Below are positions 48,100 to 59,962 of a stretch of DNA of 64,000 nucleotides, piece after piece (within the stretch, counting starts at the first letter, position 1; the number at the start of each line of letters is the position of its first letter). The notes beneath the pieces were generated by a model. That model was not told the origin of the DNA. It worked only from the letters and a program-made list of their open reading frames with translations, and searched no databases. A program made the position numbers and the translations under genes. Origin of the DNA: Octopus sinensis (taxonomy: Eukaryota); assembly GCF_006345805.1 (NCBI RefSeq), contig NC_043002.1, positions 11,222,001 to 11,286,000 on the forward strand, given 5' to 3'.

Positions 48100-48410
48100 G
48101 ATCACTGTGACCGAGCAGGCTATCAGATGTTGCTACACATCGCTGGTCACAATGCACTTCACATTGTTTTAGCCTTCAAATGACGCCACCCCGCTGGCTA
48201 AGCAAGCAGGCCGACAGAAGAAAGAGTGAGAGAGAGTTGTGGCGAAAGAGTACAGCAAGGATCGCCACCACACTCTGCCGGTGCCTTGTGGAGCTTTTTA
48301 GGTGTTTTCGCTCAATAAACACTCACAACGCCCGGTCTGGGAATTGAAACCGTAATCCTACAACTGCGAGTCTGCTGCCCTAACCACTGGACCATTGCGA
48401 CTCCACAATA
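48100..48410 (-). mobile_element. tRNA-derived SINE (family C, tail type 3)
   Basis: Minus head GGTCCAGTGGTTAGGGCAGCAGACTCG...GGTTTCAATTCCC; shared body; different tail. Confidence 0.7.
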
Positions 48411-49425
48411 AATAATAATAATAATAAATTTCAAATTTTTGCACATGGCCAGCATTTTCGGAGCAGAGACAAGTCAATTACATCAACGCCAATATTCAAA
48501 TGGCACTCATTATATCGACCCCCGAAAGGATGGAAGACAAAGTCGAACTCAGCAGAATTGGAACCAAGAATGTAAAGAGTTGGAAGAAATACCACTAAGC
48601 ATTTTGTCCAAAATGCTCACCAATAATAATTTGTTCCTACTGTAGGCACAAAGCCTGAAGATTTGGGGGAGGGGACAAGTTGTTTACATCAACCCCAATG
48701 CTCAAATTGTACTTAATTGAAAGGACGAAAGGTAGAGCCTGCTAGTTCACCACCTTAATAATAATCCTTTCTATTATAGGCACAGGGCCCGAAATTTGGG
48801 GGAGGGGGATAGTCAATTACGTTAACCACAGTACTTAACTGGTACTTAACCTACTGACCCCGAAAGGATGAAAGGTAAAGTCAACCTCGGCAGAATTTGA
48901 ACTCTGAACATAGCGATGGGCGAAACACCACTAAGCATTTCGTCCAGTGTGCTAATAATTCTGCCAGCTTGCCTCTTAAAATAATAATAATGGTTTAAAA
49001 TTTTTCCACAAGGGCAACAATTTTGGGGGAGGGGACTAGTCGATTACATCAACCCCAGTATTTCACTGGTACTTAATTTATTGAGCCCGAAAGGATGAAA
49101 GCAAAGCCAACCTTGGTAGAATTTGAACTCAGTATGTAGCGATGGGCAAAATACCTATTTCTTTATTACCCACAAGGGGCTAAACAGAGAGACAAACAAG
49201 GGCAGACAGACGGATTAAGTCGATTATATCGACCCAGTGCATAACTGGTACTTATTTAATCGACCCCGAAAGGATGAAAGGCAAAGTCGACCTCGGCGGA
49301 ATTTGAACTCAGAACGTAACAGCAGACAAAATACGGCTACGCATTTCGCCCGGCGTGCTAACAATTCTGCCAGCTCGCCGCCTTTGTAATAATAATAATA
49401 ATAATAATTATATGCAAGTACATAC

Positions 49426-49500
49426 GGAATATATCATCAATTCACAAGAGGGGCTGTAGATATTGTCTTCTATCTTTGTTGGTTTAAACTGCACACCCAC
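49426..49500 (-). CDS. YEATS2: YEATS2 exon
   Basis: ctcag|GTG...TCC|gtatgt; VGVQFKPTKIEDNIYSPSCELMIYS, equivalent to IGITLQPVALHRNVYASVVEDMILK. Confidence 0.9.
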
Positions 49501-50491
49501 CTGAGAGATAAAAATGATATGGAAATCAGAAAAACAGTAAGCATGTTTATGCATATGGGATTGTATGTACGTATGAGATTGTGCCTGCATACAAGAGTTT
49601 GTATGAGTACGAATGCGTCTATGTTCTTTCCACAATAACCAGCCCCCAGCCAGCGTTAGTTTCTGCAATTCACGCAAGAACTGAACAGATTATTCGTCTT
49701 AAGAAGGAATACTTAGTAAAATCAGAAAAATATCATCATCATCATCGTCGTTTAACATCCACCTTCCATGCTGGCATGGGTGGGACGGTACAAGAGCCAG
49801 CCAGGCAGAGGCCTGCACCAGACTTCTGAGACTGTTTCGGCAGGATTTTTAAAGCTGGATGCCCTTCCTAACACCAACCACCCAGCAGAGTGGAGAAGAT
49901 AATTTTAAATTGCACACGTTCAAACGTCTTTCCATAGTGGTACAGGTTGGACATATATGTTATTAAGGCACTCTTTTAAAGCTTCCCCGACACCTTTGGT
50001 TGGAACCTTTAATATGTGTAGCATATTTAAAGCATACACTTATATGAAGCATGATAAATTAAGTCTGATATATCCTCATTTAACGTCCGCTGTCCATGGG
50101 TTGGGTGGTTTGACCAGGGCTGATAAGCTGAGGGGCTGCAGCAGACTCCAGTCTGATCTGGCATGGTTTCTGCAGTTGGGTGCCCTTCCTAACGCCAACC
50201 ACCCCGTGAGTGTAGTGGGTGCTTTTACGTGTCACTGTCATGGGTGCCAATTGCATGACACCAGTATTTGCCACAGAAACAATTTCACTCAGTTTGATGG
50301 ATCTTCCTTCTTAAGCACTGCATTTTCTTTTCTACTTGGGGATGGGGCCAGTCAATTAGATCGACCCCAGTATGCAACAGGTACTAAATTTATCGACCCC
50401 CAAGAGGGTGAAAGACAAAGTCAACCTCAGTGGAGGCACTGCATATAGCCAAAGGTCTTGATCATTTGTCATACATAGATGGCTATTTTAA

Positions 50492-50963
50492 CCCTTTCGT
50501 TAGTGTATTTATTTTGAGATGCTCCATTTTCTTTCAATTACTTTAAATATAACAAAGAATTTAGTACAATAACTTAATTATCATGAAGCTAGTGTTAGGA
50601 ACATAAAATGTGACTAAGGTTTGGTGGAAGATTTTAATTCAAAACTTATGAAAACAAGACATTTGTATTACAGAGCCAGAGGTGGTTTCAGCCAGGTTAG
50701 TATCAAAAGGGTTAAGAATTGTTTCTCTATTATATATTTTAACCCTTTTGTTGCTGTATTTATTTTGAGATGCTCCGTGTTTCTTTCAATTACTTTAAAT
50801 ATAACAAAGAATTTAGTACAATAACTTAATTATCATGAAGCTAGTGTTAGGAACATAAAATGTGACTAAGATTTGGTGGAAGATTTTAATTCAAAACTTA
50901 TGAAAACAAGACATTTGTATTACAGAACCAGAGCCGGTTTCAGCCAGGTTGGCAACAAAAGGG
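50492..50963. mobile_element. Two adjacent piggyBac-type MITEs (50492-50711 and 50743-50963), same family as 26152-26361
   Basis: Each bounded by TTAA-CCCTTT...AAAGGG-TTAA; internal sequences nearly identical. Confidence 0.88.
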
Positions 50964-51146
50964 TTAATTAAATACTGTCTCGGTTGCATAAACTGGATTT
51001 ATAATCTATTTATAATCAAAATAGGGATATATTTATTAAGTATGATGAAGAATAACAGCAAGATGAATGTTTTAAGGTCTAAGGAGAGGAAAAGAATGGA
51101 ATTTTTATTAAAAGATGCAAAAAGGTAAATAAAAATTCAATTTTAC

Positions 51147-51265
51147 TTGTCTAGCTGTTTCATGAACAAAATTGGAAGCATTAGGCGAGGGCAAATACAT
51201 ATAATCTTCGGTAGAAGTTACAGGATCAATGTCAACTTCTTTTTTTATCTTCACCTTTGGAAGAC
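51147..51265 (-). CDS. YEATS2: YEATS2 exon
   Basis: aacag|GT...CAA|gtaaaa; LPKVKIKKEVDIDPVTSTEDYMYLPSPNASNFVHETARQ, equivalent to PVKINIKKE...FYLPPTPGSEFIGDVTQK. Confidence 0.9.
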
Positions 51266-51384
51266 CTGTTAAGGAAAAAGAAAATGAAAATAAAAAAATT
51301 AATAAAAACCGAATTGATCAGACTAAAAAGGAAAAAAAAAAACTACCAAAGAATTTTGAAAATAAACTCAAGACTTTAAATTAC

Positions 51385-51590
51385 CTCTTGATATTACATC
51401 AACTGTCAAGAAATTTTCATTACATAAAGACTGTGCTGAATCCTCCAGCTGCTCAAGTCTCTTCTCTATCGTCTCCATCGGAGTGAAGCTACTCAATGGC
51501 TGCACCGTACAAGATGTTTCACTGAAAGATTTGCTACTCGACTGTGACTGCTGGAGTTGTTTTTCTAAATGAGAGACACAAGAGAAATCA
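51385..51590 (-). CDS. YEATS2: YEATS2 exon (5' boundary uncertain)
   Basis: ttcag|T...G|gtaatt; ...PLSSFTPMETIEKRLEQLED...TVDVISR, equivalent to PSSFSSADNLCRKLEDLQQ...EVDILS. In phase with the next exon but not with the previous one. Confidence 0.75.
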
Positions 51591-52920
51591 CTGAAGGGGA
51601 AACATTCTTCACATTTTAAACACAGAGAACTTGCCCCCCAGACATAAAATGACTAGAAAATTACCATTTTGAAAATTTCACATCATCATCATCATCATCG
51701 TTTAATGTCCGCTTTCCATGCTGGCATGGGTGGGACAGTACATGGGTTGGCCGATTTTGACTGAGGGCTGGCGAACCAGATGGCTGCACCAGGCCCCAAT
51801 CTTGATCTGGCAGAGTTTCTACAGCTGGATGCCCTTCCTAACGCCATCCACTCCGAGAGTGTAGTGGGTGCTTTTTATGTGCCACCGGCACGTGGGCCAG
51901 TCAGGCGGTACTGGCAACAACCTCGCTTGAATCCCTTTACACATGCCACCGGCACAGGTGCCAGTAAGGCAATGTTGGTAACAATCACGCTCGAATGGTG
52001 CCCTTTTACGTGCCTTTTATGTTTCCTTGTTTCAGTCATTTGACTGCGGCTATGCTGGAGCACTGCCTTTAATTGAAGAAACCGACCCCAGGACTTATTT
52101 TTTGTAAGCCTAGTACTTATTCTATTGGTCTTTTGCCGAACCACTAAGTTACAAGGACTTAAACACACCAACATCAGTTGTCAAGTGATTGCAGTGGGGA
52201 CAACTGCAGACACACAAATAAATATAAACAACAGGCTTCTTTCAGTTTCCATCAACCACATTCTTCCCAACCACATGATCCTAGGTTCGGTCCCACTGTG
52301 TGACATCTTGGGCAAGTGTCTTCTACTATAGCCTCAGGCTGACTAATGCCTTGCGAGTGGATTTGGTAGAAGGAAACTGAAAGAAGCCTGTTGTGTATAT
52401 ATTTATTTATGTGTCTGTGTTTCTCCCACCCCTCACCTGACCATTGCTTGACCACTGATGCTGATGTGTTTATGTCCCTATAACTTGGCAGTTCAGCATA
52501 AGAGACCAATGGAATAATTACTAAGTTTACAAAGAATAAATTCTCAGGTCGACTAAAACACTTTAAGGTGGTGCTCCAGCATGGCCGCAGTCAAATAACA
52601 AAAATAAGAGAGTAAAAGAACACTCTGTAAAGTGGTTGGTGTTAGGAAGGGCAACCAGTTATAGACACCAAGCCAAAACTGACGCTCCAGACTTCGGATC
52701 TGTCAGGTCCTATCAAACTGCCCAGCCCATACCAACAGGGAACATGGGATCTTAAATGATGATGATGATGTAAGGTACTCCAATTCCAAGCAAAGCAAAG
52801 TTGGGTGTTGTTACAAACAATGCACCCAGCATTGTCACAGTTCAATGACTGAAATAGGTAAACAGAAGATTTTTCTAGAAAAATTAGGACACGGTTAGGA
52901 CATATCGCAGCATAGCTTAC

Positions 52921-53065
52921 CAAGATGGTGTGGAGTGTAGGCATGCAAGCGGCACCAAGTAAATATCTGTTTGGTACTCCACACATCGGCAGCACTGAAG
53001 TTTTTCGATCCGGATCCGGATAATAACTTCAGGATATAATTCTTTACAGAAGATGCTCTCTGCCA
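52921..53065 (-). CDS. YEATS2: YEATS2 exon
   Basis: atcag|TGG...G|gtaagc; WQRASSVKNYIL...WSTKQIFTWCRLHAYTP, equivalent to WQRAMTMRK...KTKHIAHWCRCHGYTP. Confidence 0.92.
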
Positions 53066-53197
53066 CTGATTTCAAAGAAAATGAGTAAAAAGAAAAAAAT
53101 ATTAGGACAAAAATGTTTCACAAAATTTGATAAAAATAATTTTAAAATTCATATTTTTAATGGTAGAACTTGAACACCAACAAAAGTGCTATCTTAC

Positions 53198-53354
53198 TTC
53201 TGATGCCCTTCTCTTGCCAATATTCCATGACAGCCACTGTTCAACAGTATCCGTTGCATATGGATGTAGAGAACGGTCAACACCTTCACTGATCAGTGGG
53301 TGCAGACGGACTACAGCTCGGATGACTGACATCATGTCGGTTAATGCATTGAGG
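53198..53354 (-). CDS. YEATS2: YEATS2 exon
   Basis: tttag|C...GAA|gtaaga; LNALTDMMSVIRAVVRLHPLI...VEQWLSWNIGKRRASE, equivalent to VEQYYGWNIGKRRAAE. Confidence 0.95.
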
Positions 53355-53721
53355 CTAAATAAGTAAAAAGAAACAAATAGAATGGAAAATAATGAGATGA
53401 TAATTTCTTTTATTTGCCAGAGGGGTGTAAGAGAAAGATGACAGTACAGAGACACATTGTATAAAGTGAGCAAATTTACAGAAAATGAACATGATAACAG
53501 AGCATGTATAGTATAGAAATATCTAGATGATACAATCTTTTTCATTGAGACAAGACGATCTCCAACAAGGATCAGCCAAAGTCCATCCCCTCCTCACCAT
53601 GGTGGGGACGCTGGCAACGGGTAGTGTCAGAGCTATGCCGTCAAGAACTTCGGTTCCTGGTAGGGCCACCCAAGGTGGATTGGTCTGACACTAAGTGGTA
53701 TTAGGACCACAACCTGGCAAA

Positions 53722-54485
53722 CCACACACGATGGTCCCGCGCCAGTTAACTGGAGATAGCAAGCCAGTCACGGTTCTATTGGGATGCCATTGTATTTGCC
53801 ATTGAGAATTTATGGAAGAAGTTTTGTGGGAATATGTGGATTTCACAAGCGGTCCCCAACAATCCTGCATGTAGAGACATCCTGTTTGCCGCAGATTGTC
53901 CGCAGACGCAGGGACAGAACGACCGAGGAGCTGCTGGTTGCCGAAACAGACACGCTTGAAGAGTTTGTCTTGAGCCAATAGTAGCCCTGAGTAGTTAGTC
54001 CAGACGAAGGACTCCTGGAAGTTACCAATAGTAGTCCCTAGCATAGATGACCACCAGAACAGCCCAGCCAGTTTGTCCTAGTTGACACTCAGAGTTTCCC
54101 TAAGCCACTGTTGCTCTTTCCTACCACAGGTCCCTATTTAAATGGCTAATGCAGAACTTTGCCTGACTTGTACAAGGCAGTAAATGCCTGATGGCATTTC
54201 AGATGTCTACAGAGGAAATCCCAGACTTATAAGCTCTGGTGAAAATCCTTGGAGTGTCTGTTTCGGCAACCAGCAGCTCCTCGGTCGTTCTGTCCCTGCG
54301 TCTGCGGACAATCTGCGGCAAACAGGATGTCTCTACATGCAGGATTATTGGGGACCGCTTGTGAAATCCACATATTCCCACAAAACTTCTTCCATAAATT
54401 CTCAATGGCAAATACAATGGCATCCCAATAGAACCGTGACTGGCTCGCTATCTCCAGTTAACTGGCGCGGGACCATCGTGTGTGG
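53722..54485. repeat. 232-bp near-perfect inverted repeat with a 300-nt spacer
   Basis: 53722-53953 versus the reverse complement of 54254-54485: only 2 mismatches seen. Confidence 0.93.
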
Positions 54486-55796
54486 GCTGCCATGGTTCGA
54501 GACGCCTTGAGGGTGGTAGAAGAAGCCGACTCAACCCACCCAGGGTGAATGTTGCCACAATTACAAGTAGTAAGTAAGGATCAGTTAAGGAAAACCACAG
54601 AGCCAAGATAACCTGACCTCTGTTCACCTGTTGTTCTCTGACCCACAGACACAAACACAGAATACTTCCATACACTCTTAACCATTTTCATCACAGTCAC
54701 CCACCTTCTAACAAACTCACTAAAGGAAACCACTTGCTTCTCTCTGTTCAGAAACCCTTTCAAGTGGAACTTGGAAAATTTGATTATGACTTGGCCAAAG
54801 AGGAAAACGTCTGTCTTGAGATTTTTGCAGCCTCTTTTGGTTAAAGCTGTTGGGAAAATGAAAAGTACCTTTCCTACTTGATCAAAGTTAGGTACTGAAG
54901 TAATTTCATGATGGACCAACCACTACCAAGATCATGTCCTTTGTGTAACAACTGTTCTAATTAAAACTCTACAATTCAGAAATTCTTTTCTACTCTAGGT
55001 ACAAGGCCCAAAATTTTTGAGGGGAGGGGGCCAGTCAATTAGATCGACCCCAGTACACAACTGGTACTTAATTTATCGACCCTGAGAGGATGAAAGGCAA
55101 AGTCAACCATGGCAGAATTTGAACTTAGAACGTAGCAACAGAAGAAATACCACTAAGCATTTCGCCCAGCGTGCTAACGTTTCTGCCAACTTGCCACCTT
55201 AGAAGTGTGTGTATTATATTTTACTCAAGGCACATGGCCTGAAATTTTGAGGGAGCGGGGGCAGTCGATTAGATTGACCTCAGTATGCAACTGGTACTTA
55301 ATTTATCGACCTCAAAAGGATGAAAGGCAAAGTCGACCTCAGCGGAATTTGAACTCAGAACATAGCGGCAGGCGAAATACCACTAAGCATTTCGCCTGCT
55401 GTGCTAACGTTTCTGCCAGCTCACCGCCTTGAAAAATTCAGTAATGTCCAAACATTAAACAAGATCATGCAGAAGACTTTCATTGCTCTGCATGCCTCTC
55501 AGTCAATCCTATTAGATGGCGCTTGAAGAGTTTGTCTTGAGCCAATTGTAGCCCTGAGTAGTTAGTCCAGACGAAGGGCTCCTAGAAGTTACCAATAGTA
55601 GTCCCTAGCCTAGATGACCACCAGAACAGCCCAGCCAGTTTGTCCTAGTTGACACTCAGAGTTTCCTTAAGCCATTGTTGCTCTTTCCTACCACAGGTCT
55701 CTATTTAAATGGCTAATGCAGAACTTTGCCTGACTTGTACAAGGCAGTAAATGCTTGAGGACATTTCAGATGTCTACAGAGGAAATCCCAGACTTA
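53954..55796. repeat. 276-bp direct repeat pair (53954-54229 and 55521-55796), ~96% identical
   Basis: GCTTGAAGAGTTTGTCTTGAGCC...GGAAATCCCAGACTTA in both copies; 10 differences counted. Confidence 0.92.
54581..54919 (-). mobile_element. Possible L1/Tx1-like ORF2 C-terminal fragment
   Basis: FLFGQVIIKFSKFHLKGFLNREK...EFVRRW resembles Tx1-type ORF2 ends; weak, from memory only. Confidence 0.35.
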
Positions 55797-56306
55797 AAAG
55801 CAAAACTTAGAATCAAAAGGCTTCAGAAAAAACCAAGCAAAGATTAAAGACTAAGTAACAGGAAATACTAAAGATGAGGTGAAAGAAAGACTAAAGCTGA
55901 AGTAGCAGGAAAGATTAAAGTTTAGATGGCAGGAAAAAGACAGGTACTCATTGCCATCAAGGTGTCCATACATCATCATCATTTAACGTCGTTTTCCATG
56001 CTAGCATGGGTTGGACGGTTCGACTGGGGTTTGGGAAGCCAGAAGGCTGCACCGGGCTCCAGTCTGATCTGGCAGTGTTTCTACAGCTGGATGCCCTTCC
56101 TAACGCCAACCACTCCGTAAGTGTAGTGGGTGCTTTTTACATGCCAGCAGTGGCTGGCAACGGCCACTATTGGTTGGTGCTTTTTACGTGCCACCGACAC
56201 AGGCATATATATACATATATAATGATAATAATAATATTAGGGAGTATAACTCCAAACTTGCAGGGAAAAATTCCATTTAGTTATTAAATCAAATTTCACA
56301 ATATAA

Positions 56307-56590
56307 ATATATAAATTAGAGATAAAACCACTATAATGCAATTCTTAACCTGAAGATTGACTATAATTTTAATTTGAATTCACTTCAATTAAATTTAAAT
56401 TTAATTGTAATTCAATTTTAATTATAGCCACGAAACATACGTAGTTTACTTATATATTGATTATTCATTTTTATACTTTTCTTGATCTAGTTTATATGTT
56501 TTATTAAAATATATTCTATTTGTTATGTTTTGGTTTAAGTCTATCATTGTTTGAATTGCATTATAGTGGTTTTATCTCTAATTTATATTT
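56307..56590. repeat. Foldback element related to the 31401-31570 hairpin
   Basis: Arms AATTAGAGATAAAACCACTATAATGCAATT (56314-56343 / 56554-56583); preceded by the same ATTAGGGA...TCCAAA.TT.CAGGGAAAAA leader as at ~31327. Confidence 0.75.
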
Positions 56591-56990
56591 TTGATAGATA
56601 TATATATCATTATCATCGACATTTAATGTTCCCCTTCCATGCAGCTGACAGAAGCCAGCCAGGTAGAAAAACTATCCTAGGCTGCTGTATCCATTTCGGC
56701 TGTAATTTAAAAGCTGGATGCCCTTTCCAACACCAACCACTCCGCAGAGTGGACACTGTGCTTTTCTCACGCACGCACGCATGCACACACACACACACAC
56801 AGAGGTGTCTTTTAGTTTTTGTCAACTAAATCTAATCACCAACTGAAGGTGCCACACGATGGGATTGAACCGAAGACCACAATGATGGGAAGCGAGTAGC
56901 AAGGTTCTGACTTCTTAACCGCACATGTACCTGCTTAAATAAAACATGACAAATAAAAAACATAATTGAAAAATAATGTGAAATTCTTAC

Positions 56991-58568
56991 TTGATTGAAG
57001 GAACTGAGATATTAACTGGTTGGATTTTTTTGGCTTTATTGTAACCATGGATCTTTTTCTCACATACAGTTGGTCTCACCTGTTTGGTAATCACAGATGT
57101 CGTTTTGGGAAAGGCAGTAGAGCTAACAGTCGTAGTTACAGTGCTGAGCGAGACAGTTCCGTTACTGCTCTTTGGTAGACTACTTACAGAAGATGGGTTA
57201 CATGTTGAAGTGGACGGTATTACTTTAAGAAGCACTTTCTGTGATAAGCTGTTGTTAGTAAAGCCAGATGGCGGGGCCAGGACCAGATTACCATTTGAAT
57301 ATTGTACCTGAAGAGAAACATTGGCACCTGCCCCCTCTTGGCTGTTTGTAACATTACTGTTGGCAGGTTTCTCTGCAACTGATGCAGATGGCCAAATTCT
57401 ACCGGTTGGCATGGTAGAGTTATTAACAGGTGTGACTATCATTGCAGTTTTGTTAGGATTCTTAAGGAACAACATAGGTCTAGGTGTGTTCAGTAAACTA
57501 CTAGATGTGGTAGCCACAGTATTAGGTGTTGACCCAAGGCCAGACAAAACAGGCTGGGTAGTGTTCATGTTGGAAGTTGAAGCTTTTGTAAGAAGTGACT
57601 GACAGGCATCTGGTTTCGTTTCTGTACTGGTTTTCAAGAAGAGATGTGAAGGCAAGAGAGAGAGACCCTTATTTCGTGTGGTTGTTAACACATAGGTTTG
57701 TTTCCCTGTGCTGAAAGTTGAAGGCAACGTTTGAAGTGTAGAACTGCTAGTCACTAGATTACACCTGACCGGCTGTCGCCATTCTCCAGATCTCGCTAGA
57801 GTTTTCACATTTTGCATACCAACATTTATCACTGGAGCGCTCTGTGACATCAGAGGAAGACGTGTAGCAACAGGACTGATTGAAGAATTACTGGAGCTCA
57901 AGATGAAAGGCTGTATGGGGGTGGTTGTACCCGAAGTATTTGAAACTGAGACACTGTTCATAACAGATGGAGAGCTTTGAAGAATTTTGTTCCCTGTCAC
58001 AATAGGTCCCTTACTTAGGCCACCCGCTGTTGAACTGAGTAGTAAAAGGGAAGATTTGCCTGGTGTACTTTTGATTTCACTGACAAGGGGTCGAACGACA
58101 CCAGGTGTCACAGTCGGAATGAAAATCCCTGGTGGAGTTATAGTTTTCTTTACAGGTGAGCTAGCAGCAAGAAGGGAAGTGTTCTTGTTGACTGGTGAAG
58201 AGGATAATAATATTACAGAAGTATTTGTTGTGGTTGGCACTTTAGAAGACAGAGACATGAGGGACGTTGGCAAAACGTTGGTTTGAGACAAAGAACCCAT
58301 ACTGAGCAAGGTATGAGAAGCAACTGGATTTGGTTTATTTATTTGTGAAAGTGAAGACTGAACAGTGACAGGTGATGACCAACACACCCCAACTGTGCTA
58401 CTTGGAATGGAAATCAAACCTTTTGGAGTTACTCGGAATGGGGAGATAACTGGTGTGTTTTCTTTTTTGGGATTAGCTTTATCTTTTAAGACAGAATCAT
58501 TCTGCCCAGAAACTTCTGGTAAATTAGAAGCTGAACCCAAATGAATTGTGTATGTTTTAGTAGCACTA

Positions 58569-58621
<53 letters not shown>

Positions 58622-59962
58622 GTCAAGTGACCGAACATCAATGCTATTGGGGACCTTCTTAATAGCCTCATTCGTTAGGAAAGGTTTTGAAATAGTTATA
58701 GGAGGCTTGATGCTTGATGTTGTTGTTGTGGTGACAGACGTTGAGTTGCTGTGGAGTAAACTTGTAACTGTTGCAGAAACTGGGGATGGAGTATTAGTTT
58801 GGGACGAGACTAGAGCACTCGCGGGTAGACATGTCGTTGACTTGCCAACTAGGGGTTGTGACATTAAGAGCACTTTACCTTGGTTGTTGAGACACTTCAG
58901 CAGAGTGTTGAAAGGAAGGTTCTGCAAGTTTTGAACCTTCATAGGAACTGGTGCCGCTTGAAGGTTAGCAGGTTTTGGTGCTAAAATAGCGGTAGCGGGC
59001 AAAACAGAGGCTGCTGTTGTTATGGTGGCAGTCGTTGCTGTCGATCCAACAATACTGGTGCAACTTGCTGCTGTTGTCGTCGATGCAACAGCAGCAAACT
59101 TTTGCTTGGACACAGCAACAGGAACGGCAGCAACGGGAATTGATAGCTTGGAGCTGGGAAGTGAGGTCAACGTGACGAAATAAGGAAGGGTCGTATTACA
59201 AGAAATAACGGGTTTTGTTAGATTTGTGGCTGCTGTAGTAGTTGTTGTTGTTGTTGTAGTCAATGTCACAGGTGTTATTGTTGCACCTGGTGCAGGTGTT
59301 ATACTTGTAAATGGTGTTGCTGTTATTGTTGTTAACGAAGCTGCCGGTGACGAAGCTATTGTCTCTGGTGCAGCAGTTATCGTTATCACTGGTGATGCTG
59401 TTGCTATAGTCATCACTGGTGATGCTGCTGCTACTGTTATTGGTGGTGTTGCTGCTGCAGTGCATGTCACTTTTGCATCACTGCCACAAACTGCAGATGC
59501 GGTCAACGGAGCAGTGGTGGCGCTGTTGGTAAGAGAAAAACTCTCAGAGTTTTCTGGCAGTAAACACAGAGGGACTTCGTTAACTGTTGACGAGGAACTA
59601 CCGACAGTTAATTTGTATACTTTCAATTTACTTGGTGATTTTGTAGCATCACTAGGCAACACACCATTTTTGACACTCGAGGAATCCAACACAAGTTCCT
59701 TCTTTAATTCGCTAACAGTTGCGCTTTCCTTTTCTGTTGCAACTTTGGGGTTTACAGCAGAAACTATTTCACTTGGAGATGATGTCGTGATATCATTTGA
59801 GTTCAATCTGGAATCTTGGGTCCTTTCACCAGAATCTTGGGATTGGATTCCCTCATCAGGGACTTGAGTTTTAGTTGTGCAAGAGACATTGGATGACGTA
59901 GATGTTGTAACTGGTGAATCATTCTCAGATGGTTTTCCTTTCTCAATTTCAATTTCAACAGT
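56991..59962 (-). CDS. YEATS2: YEATS2 giant exon (2,972 nt), S/T/V/P-rich low-complexity region
   Basis: tacag|ACT...AA|gtaaga; open for 990 codons; begins TVEIEIEK (equivalent to VVDVEL after GAET); phase-compatible with both neighbours. Confidence 0.92.

Noticed and set aside
53691-54510. Paired ORFs sharing VCFGNQQLLG...
   Set aside because: A consequence of the 232-bp inverted repeat; no known domain recognised.
57084-59867. Plus-strand ORFs of 75-213 aa
   Set aside because: Antisense shadows of the YEATS2 S/T-rich exon.
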